A stretch of DNA of 64,000 bases, taken from the NCBI GenBank assembly GCA_964347635.1, contig CAYFZI010000009.1, forward strand, positions 1,039 to 65,038. The letters are read 5' to 3'. The notes under the pieces were generated by a model, which had not been told where the DNA came from, ran no database searches, and worked only from the letters and a program-made list of their open reading frames with translations. Source of the stretch: an uncultured Dehalococcoidia bacterium. GTDB taxonomy: Bacteria; Chloroflexota; Dehalococcoidia; Bin125. A program made the translations under genes and the position numbers. Shown here one piece after another: positions 35,417-46,509 of this stretch (positions within the stretch are counted from its first letter, which is position 1; each line of letters starts with the position of its first letter).

Positions 35417-37696
35417 CTAGCCGAGCACCCGCGCTTCGGCTGCCGCTACCAGCTGCCGGGTCTGTTCGATCATGTCGGGTGTGACAGAGATCGACGTGAT
35501 CCCCCACTCGACTAGACGCTCGGCGAGGTCGGGATGTTCCGAGGGTCCCTGTCCGCAGACGGAAACGGTGACACCGCAGCGCTTGCCCGTCTCGATCACG
35601 CTGCGGATCGCCTGCAGCACCGCGGGGTTGCGCTCATCGAAGGTGTCGCTGAAGCGTTCGGAATCGCGGTCGATCCCGAGCGTCAGCTGAGTGAGGTCGT
35701 TGGAGCCGATCGAGACGCCGTCGACGCCCTGGGCGATGAACTCCTCGAGCAGCCAGACGTTGGAGGGCACCTCGACCATGATCCAGATCTTGAAGCTGTC
35801 CGAACGCTGCAGCCCAAAGCCCTCGACGAGGTCGATAACCTGGCGCAGCTCCTCGGGGGTGCGCACGAAGGGGATCATCAGGTGCAGCCCCGGGTATTGG
35901 CGACGGACGCGCTCGAGCGCGCGCAGTTCGAGCGCGAAGAGATCGGGCTCGCGCACGTAGCGGGCCGCGCCGCGGTAGCCGATCATCGGGTTTTCCTCGT
36001 TCGGCTCGTAATCCGCGCCGCCCTTGAGGTTGGCGTATTCGTTGGTCTTGAAGTCGGTCGCGCGGTAGATGACGGGGCGCGGGTGGAAAGCGGCGGCGAT
36101 GCTGCGCAGCCCCTCGGCGAGGCCGTCGACGTATTCGTCGGCGCGGCCGCTGTCGAGGAAGGAGCGGGGATGCTCGCCGATGCGGGCGATGATGAACTCG
36201 GCGCGCAGCAGGCCAACGCCGTCGACAGCGCGCTGCGCGACGCGCTCGGCGATCTCCGGGTTGGCGAGATTCACATAAATCTTGGTCTGCGTGTCGGGCG
36301 CATCGGCTTGCCGCTGCTGCTGCTGGCGGCGCCACCACTCGATCAGTTCCGTCTGCTCGGCCTCGTAGACGCGCCCCGTTGCGCCGTCGACGGTGACGAT
36401 CAGGTCTTCGGCGAGCCCGCGGGCGCCGGCGGCGCCGACGATGCAGGGCACGCCGAGTTCGCGGCTGATGATCGCGGCGTGGCAGGTGCGCCCGCCCTTT
36501 TCGGTGATGATCGCGGCGGCGCGCTTCATCGCGGGGACGAAGTCGGGCGTGGTCATCTCCGCGATCAGCACATCGCCCGCTTCGATCATGCTGGTCTGCG
36601 AGGGGTTGGCGACGACGCGCACACGCCCGGCGGCGACGCCGGGGCTGGCCGGCGAGCCGCTGAGCAGCGGCTCGCTCTGCAGCGCGGGCGCCGAGCCGAG
36701 GTCGCCGGCGGGCTGCGCGAGCGTGGTGATCGGCCGCGTCTGGAGCAGATAGAAGCGCCCCTCTGCCCAGCCCCATTCGATGTCCTGCGGTCCGCCGTAG
36801 TGGCGCTCGATCCGCTTGCCGAGCCGCGTCAGTTCGATCACCTGAGCGTCGCTGAGCTTGGCTCGGCCGCCGTCGGCCGCGCTGAGCGGCTGCCAGATGT
36901 TCGCTTCGCCGCCGCTGCCGTTGGGGTTGCGGATCAGCCTGCGCTCCTGCTGGAAGATCTGGCGCTGGATGATCGCTTCGCTGGATTTCTCGACTTCGAA
37001 GTGGTCAGGGCTGACCAGCCCGGCGACGACCGCCTCGCCGAGGCCGAAGGCGGCCTCGATGACGACGCGCTCGGGATCGTTGGTGATCGGGTCGATCGTG
37101 AACATCACGCCGGAGGCCTGAGACTGCACCATGCGCTGCACGGGCACGGCGAGGTCGACCTCGGCGTGCCCCCAGCCGGCGTGCTCGCGGTAGAAGACGG
37201 CGCGGGCCTCGAACAGCGAGGCCCAGCAGCGCTGGACGGCGTCGACGACATCGGCGGCGCCCTCGATGTTGAGGTAGGTGGACTGCTGCCCGGCGAATGA
37301 GGCTTCGGCGAGGTCTTCGGCGGTGGCCGAGGAGCGGACGGCGACGGCCCCCCCGCCGAGCGCGCGGTAGGCGCGCTCAATCTCGCCGCGCAGCTGCGCC
37401 GGCATTGCCGCCTGCTCGATCGCCGCCCGAATCTCGCAGCTGACGCGCTGCAGCGCCTCGTCGTCCTCGACGTCGAGCCCCTCGATCATCGCGGCGATGC
37501 GGCCTTCCAGGCCGGTCTCCACGAGGAATGCGCGGTAGGCGGCGGTGGTCACGACGAAGCCCGGCGGGACCGGGATCTGGGCCTGGGTCAGTTCGCCGAG
37601 ATTGGCGCCCTTCCCGCCCACGAGCGGCACCGCCTCGCGGCCAACCTGGTCAAACCAGACGATCGAGGCGTGTTCGAGGGCGGAGTAAGGGGGCAT
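35417..37696 (-). CDS. ppsA: phosphoenolpyruvate synthase (pyruvate, water dikinase)
   Basis: 759 aa. Three parts: the N-terminal ATP-grasp (VPLVGGKGANLGEL), the phosphohistidine domain (TEKGGRTCHAAIISRELGVPCIVG) and the C-terminal PEP-utilising TIM barrel. Confidence 0.95.
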   Translation of the reverse strand: MPPYSALEHASIVWFDQVGREAVPLVGGKGANLGELTQAQIPVPPGFVVTTAAYRAFLVETGLEGRIAAMIEGLDVEDDEALQRVSCEIRAAIEQAAMPAQLRGEIERAYRALGGGAVAVRSSATAEDLAEASFAGQQSTYLNIEGAADVVDAVQRCWASLFEARAVFYREHAGWGHAEVDLAVPVQRMVQSQASGVMFTIDPITNDPERVVIEAAFGLGEAVVAGLVSPDHFEVEKSSEAIIQRQIFQQERRLIRNPNGSGGEANIWQPLSAADGGRAKLSDAQVIELTRLGKRIERHYGGPQDIEWGWAEGRFYLLQTRPITTLAQPAGDLGSAPALQSEPLLSGSPASPGVAAGRVRVVANPSQTSMIEAGDVLIAEMTTPDFVPAMKRAAAIITEKGGRTCHAAIISRELGVPCIVGAAGARGLAEDLIVTVDGATGRVYEAEQTELIEWWRRQQQQRQADAPDTQTKIYVNLANPEIAERVAQRAVDGVGLLRAEFIIARIGEHPRSFLDSGRADEYVDGLAEGLRSIAAAFHPRPVIYRATDFKTNEYANLKGGADYEPNEENPMIGYRGAARYVREPDLFALELRALERVRRQYPGLHLMIPFVRTPEELRQVIDLVEGFGLQRSDSFKIWIMVEVPSNVWLLEEFIAQGVDGVSIGSNDLTQLTLGIDRDSERFSDTFDERNPAVLQAIRSVIETGKRCGVTVSVCGQGPSEHPDLAERLVEWGITSISVTPDMIEQTRQLVAAAEARVLG

Positions 37697-37823
37697 GGTG
37701 TATCCCGTCGGAGTCAGGCGGAGGATATCACCGCATGAACCTGACGCTAGCGGGCGCTGGTGCTCCGCCGGCTGTTCCGTCGAGCAGAGAAGCGCTGCGG
37801 GCGGTGCTGCGCTGCATCGGCGG

Positions 37824-39668
<1,845 letters not shown>

Positions 39669-39695
39669 GATGGTTCCCGCAGCCCCGCCCGCCGC

Positions 39696-41090
39696 TCAGC
39701 CGGCGCTGGTCCAGGACCGCCCGTTGGAGCGGGTCGGTTGGACGCTGGCCGCGCCGGCCTGCGCGATCGACTCTACGAGGTCGGAGAGGGTGTAGACAAA
39801 CGAGAGCGGCCTGCCGAGCTTGGCTTCCAGCTGCTCGGGGGTCATGTCGTCGAGGAAGCGGCGGCCGAAGTAGTCGAGGCTGGCGCGGGGCAGAAAGACG
39901 CGGTCGCCGACCGGGCGGCCGCTCAGCGCGGCCTCAAAATCGCCGCCCGAGAGCAGCCCGGACACGTTCACCCGATCGCCGAACAGCGAGTTGGGTACGG
40001 CGATCACTTCGATCGCCGCCCCGAGCCGCGGGCCCGCGTCCTGGGCCAACCGCTCGAGTGTGGGCGCGATCAATGCGCCGCATGCGAGCGTCAGCCGCTG
40101 GGGGCGATCGCCGCTCAGCTGAATCCGCCCTGCCGCCAGCCGCCGGCGCGTGCGGGCCCAGTCGTCCAGCAATGTGCGCACCATGCCGATGCCGTTCTCC
40201 CACTGGGGAAAGCCGTCGTAGCGCGCGGCTGCGGGGATTCGGGCGCCGGCGGTGAGATAGAGCTCATCGGAGGGAAACACGATCGAAGCTCCGCGCTGCC
40301 CGCGCGCGCGCCGCTGCCAGCGGCGCAGCCGGCGCAGCGTGCGCCGCGCCGCGGCCGGCGTGCAGGCGCGCATTCCCTCGTCGTCGATCCGCGCTTCGCC
40401 CTGGATGCTGGAGCCGACCGGCACAACGCCGATCGAGAGCACATTCTCGTGCTCAAGCAGCGCGCCGACCGTCTCATCGAGCGCATCGCCGTCGTTGACG
40501 CCGGGGCAGAGCACGACCTGCGTGTGGGCTTCGATGCGCATTTGCGCCAGGCGGCGCAGCTGGCTGCGGATGTCGGGCGCGCGGGGGTTGCCGAGCATGC
40601 GGCGGCGCAGTTCGAGGTTGGTCGCGTGCACCGACACGTGCAGCGGGCTGAGGCGCTGCTCCTCGAGCCGCGCCCAATCGTCGCCGCTCAGGTTGGTCAG
40701 GGTGACGAAGTTGCCGTGCAGGAAGGAGAGGCGGTAGTCGTCGTCTTTCACGTAGAGCGGCCGCCGCAGCCCTTTGGGCAGCCCTTTGAGGAAGCAGAAG
40801 AAGCAGGCGTTGTTGCAGATCCGCGTGCCGTCGAAGGCGTCGTCGCTGAATTCGATGCCGAGCGGCTCATCGATCGGCTTTTCGAATTCCACGATCCCAG
40901 GCTCGCCGTCGTGGATCACATCGAGCGTGACGATGCTGTCAGTGGTCTGGAAGCGGTAGTCGAGCGGATCGCGCGGGGGCGCGCCGTTGACGCGCAGCAC
41001 GCGGTCGCCGGGCTGGAGTCCGGCCGCGTCGGCGAGCGATTCGGGCTCGACCGACGCGATCGCGCCGCTGTTGCGTACCCGCCGGGCCAT
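39696..41090 (-). CDS. DUF512-family protein (N-terminal PDZ-like domain plus Cys-rich radical-SAM-like core), function unknown
   Basis: GLQPGDRVLRVNG (PDZ-like) followed by RICNNACFFCFLKGLPKGLRRPLYVKDDDYRLSFLHGNFVTLTNL, as in DUF512 proteins of Firmicutes and Chloroflexi. Confidence 0.8.
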   Translation of the reverse strand: MARRVRNSGAIASVEPESLADAAGLQPGDRVLRVNGAPPRDPLDYRFQTTDSIVTLDVIHDGEPGIVEFEKPIDEPLGIEFSDDAFDGTRICNNACFFCFLKGLPKGLRRPLYVKDDDYRLSFLHGNFVTLTNLSGDDWARLEEQRLSPLHVSVHATNLELRRRMLGNPRAPDIRSQLRRLAQMRIEAHTQVVLCPGVNDGDALDETVGALLEHENVLSIGVVPVGSSIQGEARIDDEGMRACTPAAARRTLRRLRRWQRRARGQRGASIVFPSDELYLTAGARIPAAARYDGFPQWENGIGMVRTLLDDWARTRRRLAAGRIQLSGDRPQRLTLACGALIAPTLERLAQDAGPRLGAAIEVIAVPNSLFGDRVNVSGLLSGGDFEAALSGRPVGDRVFLPRASLDYFGRRFLDDMTPEQLEAKLGRPLSFVYTLSDLVESIAQAGAASVQPTRSNGRSWTSAG

Positions 41091-41103
41091 CCGCGCGGCC
41101 GCC

Positions 41104-41979
41104 TCAGGCGCTGGCGGCGAGCTGTGCGCCGATCTGCTCGATCCGCTCAGCGACGGCGTCGATCGAGAAGTCGGGCGTCGAGGCGCCGGCCGTCACGCCG
41201 ATGTCATGGTGCCCGTGGAACCACTCGTCGCGGAGCTCGGCGGCCGTCTCGACGTGGTACGTCTCGACGCCGTTGGCCCGCGCGAGGTCGGCCAGGTGGC
41301 GGGTGTTGGCGCTGTTGTGCCCGCCGACGACGATCATCAAATCGACCTCCGTGGCTAGGTCGCGGGTCGCGGCCTGCTGTGAGGTGGTCGCGTTGCAGAG
41401 CACGTTGACGACGCGAATCTCGGTCAGCTGGTCGATCCGCTTGGTCATCAGGTTGGCCACGAACTGCGCGAAGCGCTCGGGCGTGTGGGTGGTCTGAGAG
41501 ATCACGCCGATCTTGCTCGGCAGGTATTCGGGCAGCGTCTCGAGCGACTCGTCCGGGACAACGACGCCGCGTCCGCGGCACCAGCCGAGCACGCCTTTGA
41601 CTTCGGGGTGGGTCGGGTCGCCGAAGATGATCACGGTGAAACCGCGGTCGGCGAGGTTGCGCGCCGCGCGCTGCGAGCGGGCGACGAACTGGCAAGTCGT
41701 ATCGATGACCTCGAAGCCCTGCGCCTCGATGTCGCGCACGACTGTCTCGCCGACGCCGTGGGCGGTGATCGCGACGGTCGAGGTGCCGACGCCCTCGACG
41801 GTGCGGTTTTCATTGACGGCGATGCCGGTTTCTTCGAGCTGCGCGACGACCTGCGGATTGTGCACGACCTGGCCGAGCGTCGTCACCGGACGCCCCTCGG
41901 CGGCGGCCTCCTGCATCATGTCCACGGCGCGCCGCACGCCGAAGCAGAAGCCCATATCGCGCGCGCGGTGGATCCTCAT
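41104..41979 (-). CDS. ispH: 4-hydroxy-3-methylbut-2-enyl diphosphate reductase
   Basis: ATG 41979 (MRIHRARDMGFCFGVRRAV) overlaps the plsC stop by 1 nt (TGATG). LytB repeats are present (VVHNPQV, GHNSANT). Confidence 0.93.
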   Translation of the reverse strand: MRIHRARDMGFCFGVRRAVDMMQEAAAEGRPVTTLGQVVHNPQVVAQLEETGIAVNENRTVEGVGTSTVAITAHGVGETVVRDIEAQGFEVIDTTCQFVARSQRAARNLADRGFTVIIFGDPTHPEVKGVLGWCRGRGVVVPDESLETLPEYLPSKIGVISQTTHTPERFAQFVANLMTKRIDQLTEIRVVNVLCNATTSQQAATRDLATEVDLMIVVGGHNSANTRHLADLARANGVETYHVETAAELRDEWFHGHHDIGVTAGASTPDFSIDAVAERIEQIGAQLAASA

Positions 41980-42812
41980 CAGCACACCCCTTGATCGGCA
42001 GGCGGACGCGCCTCAGCGCGGCGCGCCGCGGCAACATCCAGATCCGCGTAAACCCCACGATACGATGCAGGCAGCTGGGCGGCAATCTCGGCCATCAGGC
42101 GGTTGTGCGCGCGGATCACGTCGGCGCGCCGAATGCGCGGGCCGCGGGTGAGCACGAACGGCTCGCCGGCCGCCAGCTGCACGGGCGCTTGACGCAGAAT
42201 TGCCCGCCAGCCGCCGCGCAAGTGCTCGCTGCCCCAGATGCCGACCGGCACCACCGGCGCGCCGCTGCGCAAGGCCAGCAGAGCGGTGCCGGTGTGCGCC
42301 TCCATCATTGCGCCGGTGTCGGAGCGGTGGCCTTCGGGGAACATGCCCACCGCCGCGCCGGCGGCGAGCAGCCGTTCGGCCTCCCGCAGCGCCGCCCGGT
42401 CGGCCCGCCCGCGCCGCACCGGAAAGCCGCCCGAGAGCGCGAACAGATAGCCGATCACCGGCTCCTTCTGAAACAGCTCCACTTTCGACATGTAGCGCGG
42501 CGAGCGGGGGTAGAGCGCTGAGGCGATCATCGCCGGATCGGCGGAGGAGAGATGGTTGGAAGCGATGATCACGCCGCCTGCGGGGATCCGTTCGAAGTTG
42601 CGCCATTCGCAGCGGATGATGCGCAGGAACGCGAAGCGGGCGAAGAAGCCGGCGACGATGAACCAGGCCCGCGAGGCGTTGGGCATGCCTTCCAGGCCGA
42701 TCTGCCGCAGCGCCTCGGATTCGCCGAAGAGGGCGCGGGTCAGCTGGCGGGTGACCCAGCGGTAGATGCGCCTGCCTCTGCCGAGCTGCCCGCTGCCGCT
42801 CTGCGCCGCCAT
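41979..42812 (-). CDS. plsC: 1-acyl-sn-glycerol-3-phosphate acyltransferase
   Basis: Acyltransferase HX4D block IIASNHLSSADP and FPEGHRS. An N-terminal amphipathic/hydrophobic segment is present. Confidence 0.88.
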   Translation of the reverse strand: MAAQSGSGQLGRGRRIYRWVTRQLTRALFGESEALRQIGLEGMPNASRAWFIVAGFFARFAFLRIIRCEWRNFERIPAGGVIIASNHLSSADPAMIASALYPRSPRYMSKVELFQKEPVIGYLFALSGGFPVRRGRADRAALREAERLLAAGAAVGMFPEGHRSDTGAMMEAHTGTALLALRSGAPVVPVGIWGSEHLRGGWRAILRQAPVQLAAGEPFVLTRGPRIRRADVIRAHNRLMAEIAAQLPASYRGVYADLDVAAARRAEARPPADQGVC

Positions 42813-42826
42813 CGGGGCTGCCTGCC

Positions 42827-43540
42827 TCAGCCTGCTGCGGGCGCCGCGTGCGGCAGGATCCGCTGGACGATCGCGTAGGCGGCATCGATCGCCGCGTCGA
42901 GCGTGAGTTCGCTGGTATCGAGCGTGATCGCGTCGTCGGCGGCGGCGAGCGGCGATGCGGCGCGGCTGCGGTCGTGGGCGTCGCGGCGGCGGGTGAGCTC
43001 CAGCACGCGCTGCTCATCGCTGCCCGCGCCGTTGGCGGCCTCGGCCGAGCGGCGCCGCGCGCGTACTTCATCGGAGGCGGTCAGGAAGATCTTGACCGGC
43101 GCGTTGGGCAGGACGACGGTGCCGATGTCGCGCCCGACAACCACCAGCCGCCCCGCCGCCGCCGCCTCGCATTGCAGCCGCACCAGCTGCCGCCGCACGC
43201 CGGCGACCGCCGCGACGGTTGAGACCGCCGCCTCGACGTGCGGCTGGCGGAGGCGGACGGTGGCGTTGACGCCGTCCAGCTCGATCTGCAGATCGGGCGA
43301 AGCGGCGTCGGCGGCGGCGCGGATGAGGCGCACATCGGTCTCGCGTGCGAGGTCGGCCAGCGCTACGCCGTCGTCGAGTGAGACGCCGCGCTCCAGCGCC
43401 AGCCAGGTCAGCGCGCGGTACATGATGCCGGTGTCGAACAGCCCCCAGCCAAGCCGCGCCGCAAGCGCGCGGCCGACGACAGTCTTGCCGGAAGCGACGG
43501 GGCCGTCGATCGCGACGAGTGGAGGAGCGCGCTCAGTCAT
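42827..43540 (-). CDS. cmk: cytidylate kinase
   Basis: ATG 43540 (MTERAPPLVAIDGPVASGKTVVGRALAARLGWGLFDTGIMYRA). P-loop plus Cmk motifs. Overlaps the upstream stop by 8 nt. Confidence 0.92.
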   Translation of the reverse strand: MTERAPPLVAIDGPVASGKTVVGRALAARLGWGLFDTGIMYRALTWLALERGVSLDDGVALADLARETDVRLIRAAADAASPDLQIELDGVNATVRLRQPHVEAAVSTVAAVAGVRRQLVRLQCEAAAAGRLVVVGRDIGTVVLPNAPVKIFLTASDEVRARRRSAEAANGAGSDEQRVLELTRRRDAHDRSRAASPLAAADDAITLDTSELTLDAAIDAAYAIVQRILPHAAPAAG

Positions 43541-44366
43541 CGCTGCGATCATAGTCGGCAGAGTCGGCGCGGCTGGCACGGCCGGCGCGGCTGGCAGTGC
43601 CGGCGGTTTGAGCGGCGCCGTCTTCGGCTAGGCCGGCGGCGCGGCGCAGCAGGCGCACTTCGCGCGCTGAGAGCGGCCGCAGCCGGCCGACTGGCAGGTC
43701 GCGCAGCAGGACCGGGCCGAAGGCGACGCGACGGAGCCGCACAACCGGGTACCCGACCGCCTCGCAGAGCCGCCGCAGCTCGCGCTTGCGGCCCGTGTGC
43801 AGCGTCAGCCGCAGCCAGGATGTGCGGCCCGCCGGCATCTCGCGGCCGGGTCGTTTGGAGCGGCGCGGCTTGGCCCGCAGCAGGCCGTCGGCCGCGTGTA
43901 CACCCGCGAAGATGGCGTCGAGCGCGGCGTCGTCGGGCCGGCCCTGCAGCTCGGCGAGATAGGTGCGGGCGACCTCGCGGCGGGGGTGCAGCAGACCGTC
44001 GATCAGCGGCCCGTCGTTGCTGAGCAGCAGCAGCCCTTCGCTGTCGCGGTCGAGCCGTCCGATCGGGACGCAGCGGCCGGCGTCATCCGGCAGGAAGTCG
44101 ACGGCGCTGCGGCGTCCGCGGTCGTCGCGGGCTGTCGAAACAACGCCGTGCGGCTTGTTGAGCGCGTAGTAGCGCAGCGGCTGCGCGGCCGGCAGCGGTC
44201 TGCCGTCGACCTCGATCGCCGCCGCGGCGGGGTCGACGCGAACGGCCGGATCGCGGACAACCGCGCCGTCGATCTGCACGCGCCCGGCGGTCACCAGCGC
44301 GTCGCAGGCGCGGCGCGAGCCGATCCCCGCCCGCGCCAGCACGACCGCCAGCCGCCGCGCGCTCAC
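43533..44366 (-). CDS. RsuA/RluB-family pseudouridine synthase with S4 domain
   Basis: GTG 44366 (VSARRLAVVLARAGIGSRRACDALVTAGRVQIDG is the S4 domain). Catalytic GRLDRDSEGLLLLSNDG. GTGA overlap with the upstream stop. Confidence 0.88.
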   Translation of the reverse strand: MSARRLAVVLARAGIGSRRACDALVTAGRVQIDGAVVRDPAVRVDPAAAAIEVDGRPLPAAQPLRYYALNKPHGVVSTARDDRGRRSAVDFLPDDAGRCVPIGRLDRDSEGLLLLSNDGPLIDGLLHPRREVARTYLAELQGRPDDAALDAIFAGVHAADGLLRAKPRRSKRPGREMPAGRTSWLRLTLHTGRKRELRRLCEAVGYPVVRLRRVAFGPVLLRDLPVGRLRPLSAREVRLLRRAAGLAEDGAAQTAGTASRAGRASRADSADYDRSDD

Positions 44367-45979
44367 CGCTGCTCGCCGTCCCAGGGATGGGCGGGCTGTT
44401 CGCGGGCCGCCGAAGCTTCGGGGGGCGGGGCGTCTGCGGCGATCGCGCTGTAGTCGAGCAGCGCGGGCTCGGGCGGCGGCGGTTCGGGGAGCGGCGGCGC
44501 CTCCGCCGCTTCGCGCTGCCCGGGAGCCCAACGGCGCAGCAGCAGCGCGAGCAGCAGGCCGCCGAGCCCGGCGGAGACGACCATCCACGGGTTGATCCCG
44601 CTCTCGGATTGCAATTCGTGTATCTGGATCGGCTGCGGAGCCGCGCGCTCGACCGGTTCGACGACGACATCGAGCGTTTCGAGCGCCGGCGAGACGGCGG
44701 GGCCGCCCGGCGACGGGGTCTGGTTGGCGACCCAGACGCGCGGCGTGAGCGCCAGCGAGACGCCGGCGGCCGGGGCGGGGAAGGCCGGCACGCCGTACTC
44801 GATGGTCGCGACGATCGCGCCGTCAGGCGCGATCAGCTGCAGCGTGTCGCCGTCGTTGTTGAGCCCATTGCCGATCGCTCCATCGAGGATCCGAATGTCG
44901 GTCTCGGCGCCGAGCAGCGGCGCGGGGGCGAAGACGACGCGTTGGCCGGGTTCGAGCAGGCCCCACAGCTCGCGGCTGGAGCGCTCGTCGCCGATTCGCC
45001 AGCCGGCCAGGTCGACCGCTTCCAGACCGTCGTTGATCAGCTCGACCCATTCCGGTTGGCCGGGCAGCGGGCGGGGCATGAACTCGGCGACGCGAATACT
45101 GGCGGCGTTCGCCGCCGCTGCGGATTCAGCGTCCGCCGTCGGTGCTGGCTCGGCGTCGGCTGTCGGCGCGGAGTCGGCAGCGCCGCCGGCGGGCGGGCTG
45201 GAGGGCCAGGAAGCGGCCGCGGCGAGTTGGCCGTCGGGAGAACGCAGCTCGATGGCGAGATCGGCCGCCGCAGCGTCGATCGCGACCTGCAGCGCGCCGT
45301 TTGCGGGCGCGCTCCGGCCGGCCAGATTCAGGCGGGCGGCGCCGTGTTCGAGCGACCAGCCGTCGAGCGCCTGGTCCCACTCGCAGGCGTTGACGATCTT
45401 GACAACGCCGCCGCTGCCGGCCTCGATCTTGAGGCGGGCCGGGCGTGCGGCCGGGCGCGGCAGGGGAATCGGCGCCGCGCCGAAGTGCAGCGGCGCGCCG
45501 GCGGCGGGCGGCGGCGGCCCGCCGCCGCTGGCGCTGCCCCAAGAGACGGCGTCGATCAGGCTGCCGTTTCCGTCGCGCAGTTCGAGCAGGTCGCCGCGGT
45601 TGGCCAGGCCGCCACCGATCGCGGAGTCGCTCAACACGTCGTCCGCATCGGCCGCGGGGGCTTCGATCAGCGCCGAGCAGGCAGCGGCTACCAGCAGCGA
45701 GGCGCCCGGCGGCAGGATCCGATCGGCGAGCGGGTCGCTGCTCGAGTTGTCCGCCAGCGTCCAGCCGCGCAGGGCGGCGGGTTCGGCGCTCAGGTTGGTC
45801 AGCAGCACCCACTCATGGGCGGCGTCGCTGCGGCCCATGCCGGCGTTGATCAGCGCTGCAGTGATCTCGACGGGGCCGTCGCCGGCCTGGCCGCCGCGGG
45901 CGGCGGGCGGCAGTGCGGCGCCAATCAGCAGCGCCGCAGCGATCAGAGCGGCGCCGCGGGCAAGCCTAGGAGCGCACAC
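44363..45979 (-). CDS. type-I membrane protein with three lamin-tail-domain (LTD)-like modules and a Pro-rich cytoplasmic tail
   Basis: Signal peptide ARGAALIAAALLIGAALPPAARG. LTD-like motifs EWVLLTNLSAEPAALRGWTLADNSS, VKIVNACEWDQALDGWSLEHG and EWVELINDGLEAVDLAGWRIGDERSS. C-terminal TM WMVVSAGLGGLLLALLL. Confidence 0.7.
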   Translation of the reverse strand: MCAPRLARGAALIAAALLIGAALPPAARGGQAGDGPVEITAALINAGMGRSDAAHEWVLLTNLSAEPAALRGWTLADNSSSDPLADRILPPGASLLVAAACSALIEAPAADADDVLSDSAIGGGLANRGDLLELRDGNGSLIDAVSWGSASGGGPPPPAAGAPLHFGAAPIPLPRPAARPARLKIEAGSGGVVKIVNACEWDQALDGWSLEHGAARLNLAGRSAPANGALQVAIDAAAADLAIELRSPDGQLAAAASWPSSPPAGGAADSAPTADAEPAPTADAESAAAANAASIRVAEFMPRPLPGQPEWVELINDGLEAVDLAGWRIGDERSSRELWGLLEPGQRVVFAPAPLLGAETDIRILDGAIGNGLNNDGDTLQLIAPDGAIVATIEYGVPAFPAPAAGVSLALTPRVWVANQTPSPGGPAVSPALETLDVVVEPVERAAPQPIQIHELQSESGINPWMVVSAGLGGLLLALLLRRWAPGQREAAEAPPLPEPPPPEPALLDYSAIAADAPPPEASAAREQPAHPWDGEQR

Positions 45980-46352
45980 TGATCCACTGTCGGACCGTGA
46001 TCTGCTGCTCGATCATCGTGGTGCGCGTCACCTGCGGGCGCGGCTGCCGGCGGCCCTGCACCAGGCCGCGCGCCTGGCGCGCCAGCGCAGGCGCGGCGCA
46101 GCGCATCGTCCAGTCGGTCAGGGCGGCGGCGGCGATCACCGCAGCGGCGCTGCGCAGGGCCGGCGCGAAGGGCGCGAGATCGGCGCGCACGGCAGGCAGC
46201 AGCGCCATCCGCTCCGCACCGCTCCGGACCTCGGTGGGGATCAGCGCGCGGCTGGCCGCGCTGTCTGTGAGCGCGCGGCCGCAGGCGGGGCAGAAGTTGT
46301 CGTTGTCCGCGCCGCCGGCGCGCTGAGCACAGCGGGTGCAGGCTTGCAGCAT
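45966..46352 (-). CDS. hypothetical zinc-ribbon protein
   Basis: MLQACTRCAQRAGGADNDNFCPACGRAL is a CxxC...CxxC ribbon, followed by a hydrophobic stretch AAAVIAAAAL. The 3' end overlaps the LTD gene start by 14 nt. Coding status is plausible but unproven. Confidence 0.5.
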   Translation of the reverse strand: MLQACTRCAQRAGGADNDNFCPACGRALTDSAASRALIPTEVRSGAERMALLPAVRADLAPFAPALRSAAAVIAAAALTDWTMRCAAPALARQARGLVQGRRQPRPQVTRTTMIEQQITVRQWISVRS

Positions 46353-46359
46353 GGCTGCG

Positions 46360-46365
46360 AGTATA
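46360..46365 (-). promoter_or_regulatory. -10-like hexamer TATACT, 7 nt upstream of the zinc-ribbon gene ATG 46352
   Basis: The complement of AGTATA at 46360-46365 reads TATACT. Confidence 0.4.
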
Positions 46366-46394
46366 TGCGCGGCTCAGCAGCGTTTTGCAAAGTT

Positions 46395-46444
46395 CCCCCT
46401 CCGCAAGCGGCGGGAGCGCTGCCTTCCCAAACAGGTGGAGGGGG
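46395..46444. repeat. long hairpin CCCCCTCC ... GGAGGGGG enclosing a CCGCAAGCGG core
   Basis: 8-bp arms at 46395-46402 and 46437-46444. Lies in the spacer between the formyltransferase-like gene and the zinc-ribbon gene. Confidence 0.45.
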
Positions 46445-46509
46445 TGCGCATGCTCGCTGCGGCGGCTTCCCTGAGCTGCTGGCTGCGCTGCACGCTCCGC
46501 CCCGCCGCC

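Noticed and set aside
39669-39695. Looked for a glmS ribozyme or riboswitch leader upstream of glmS.
   Set aside because: Only 27 nt separate the glmS start from the stop of the upstream DUF512 gene. That is far too short for the ~170-nt ribozyme, so glmS appears to be co-transcribed within the operon.
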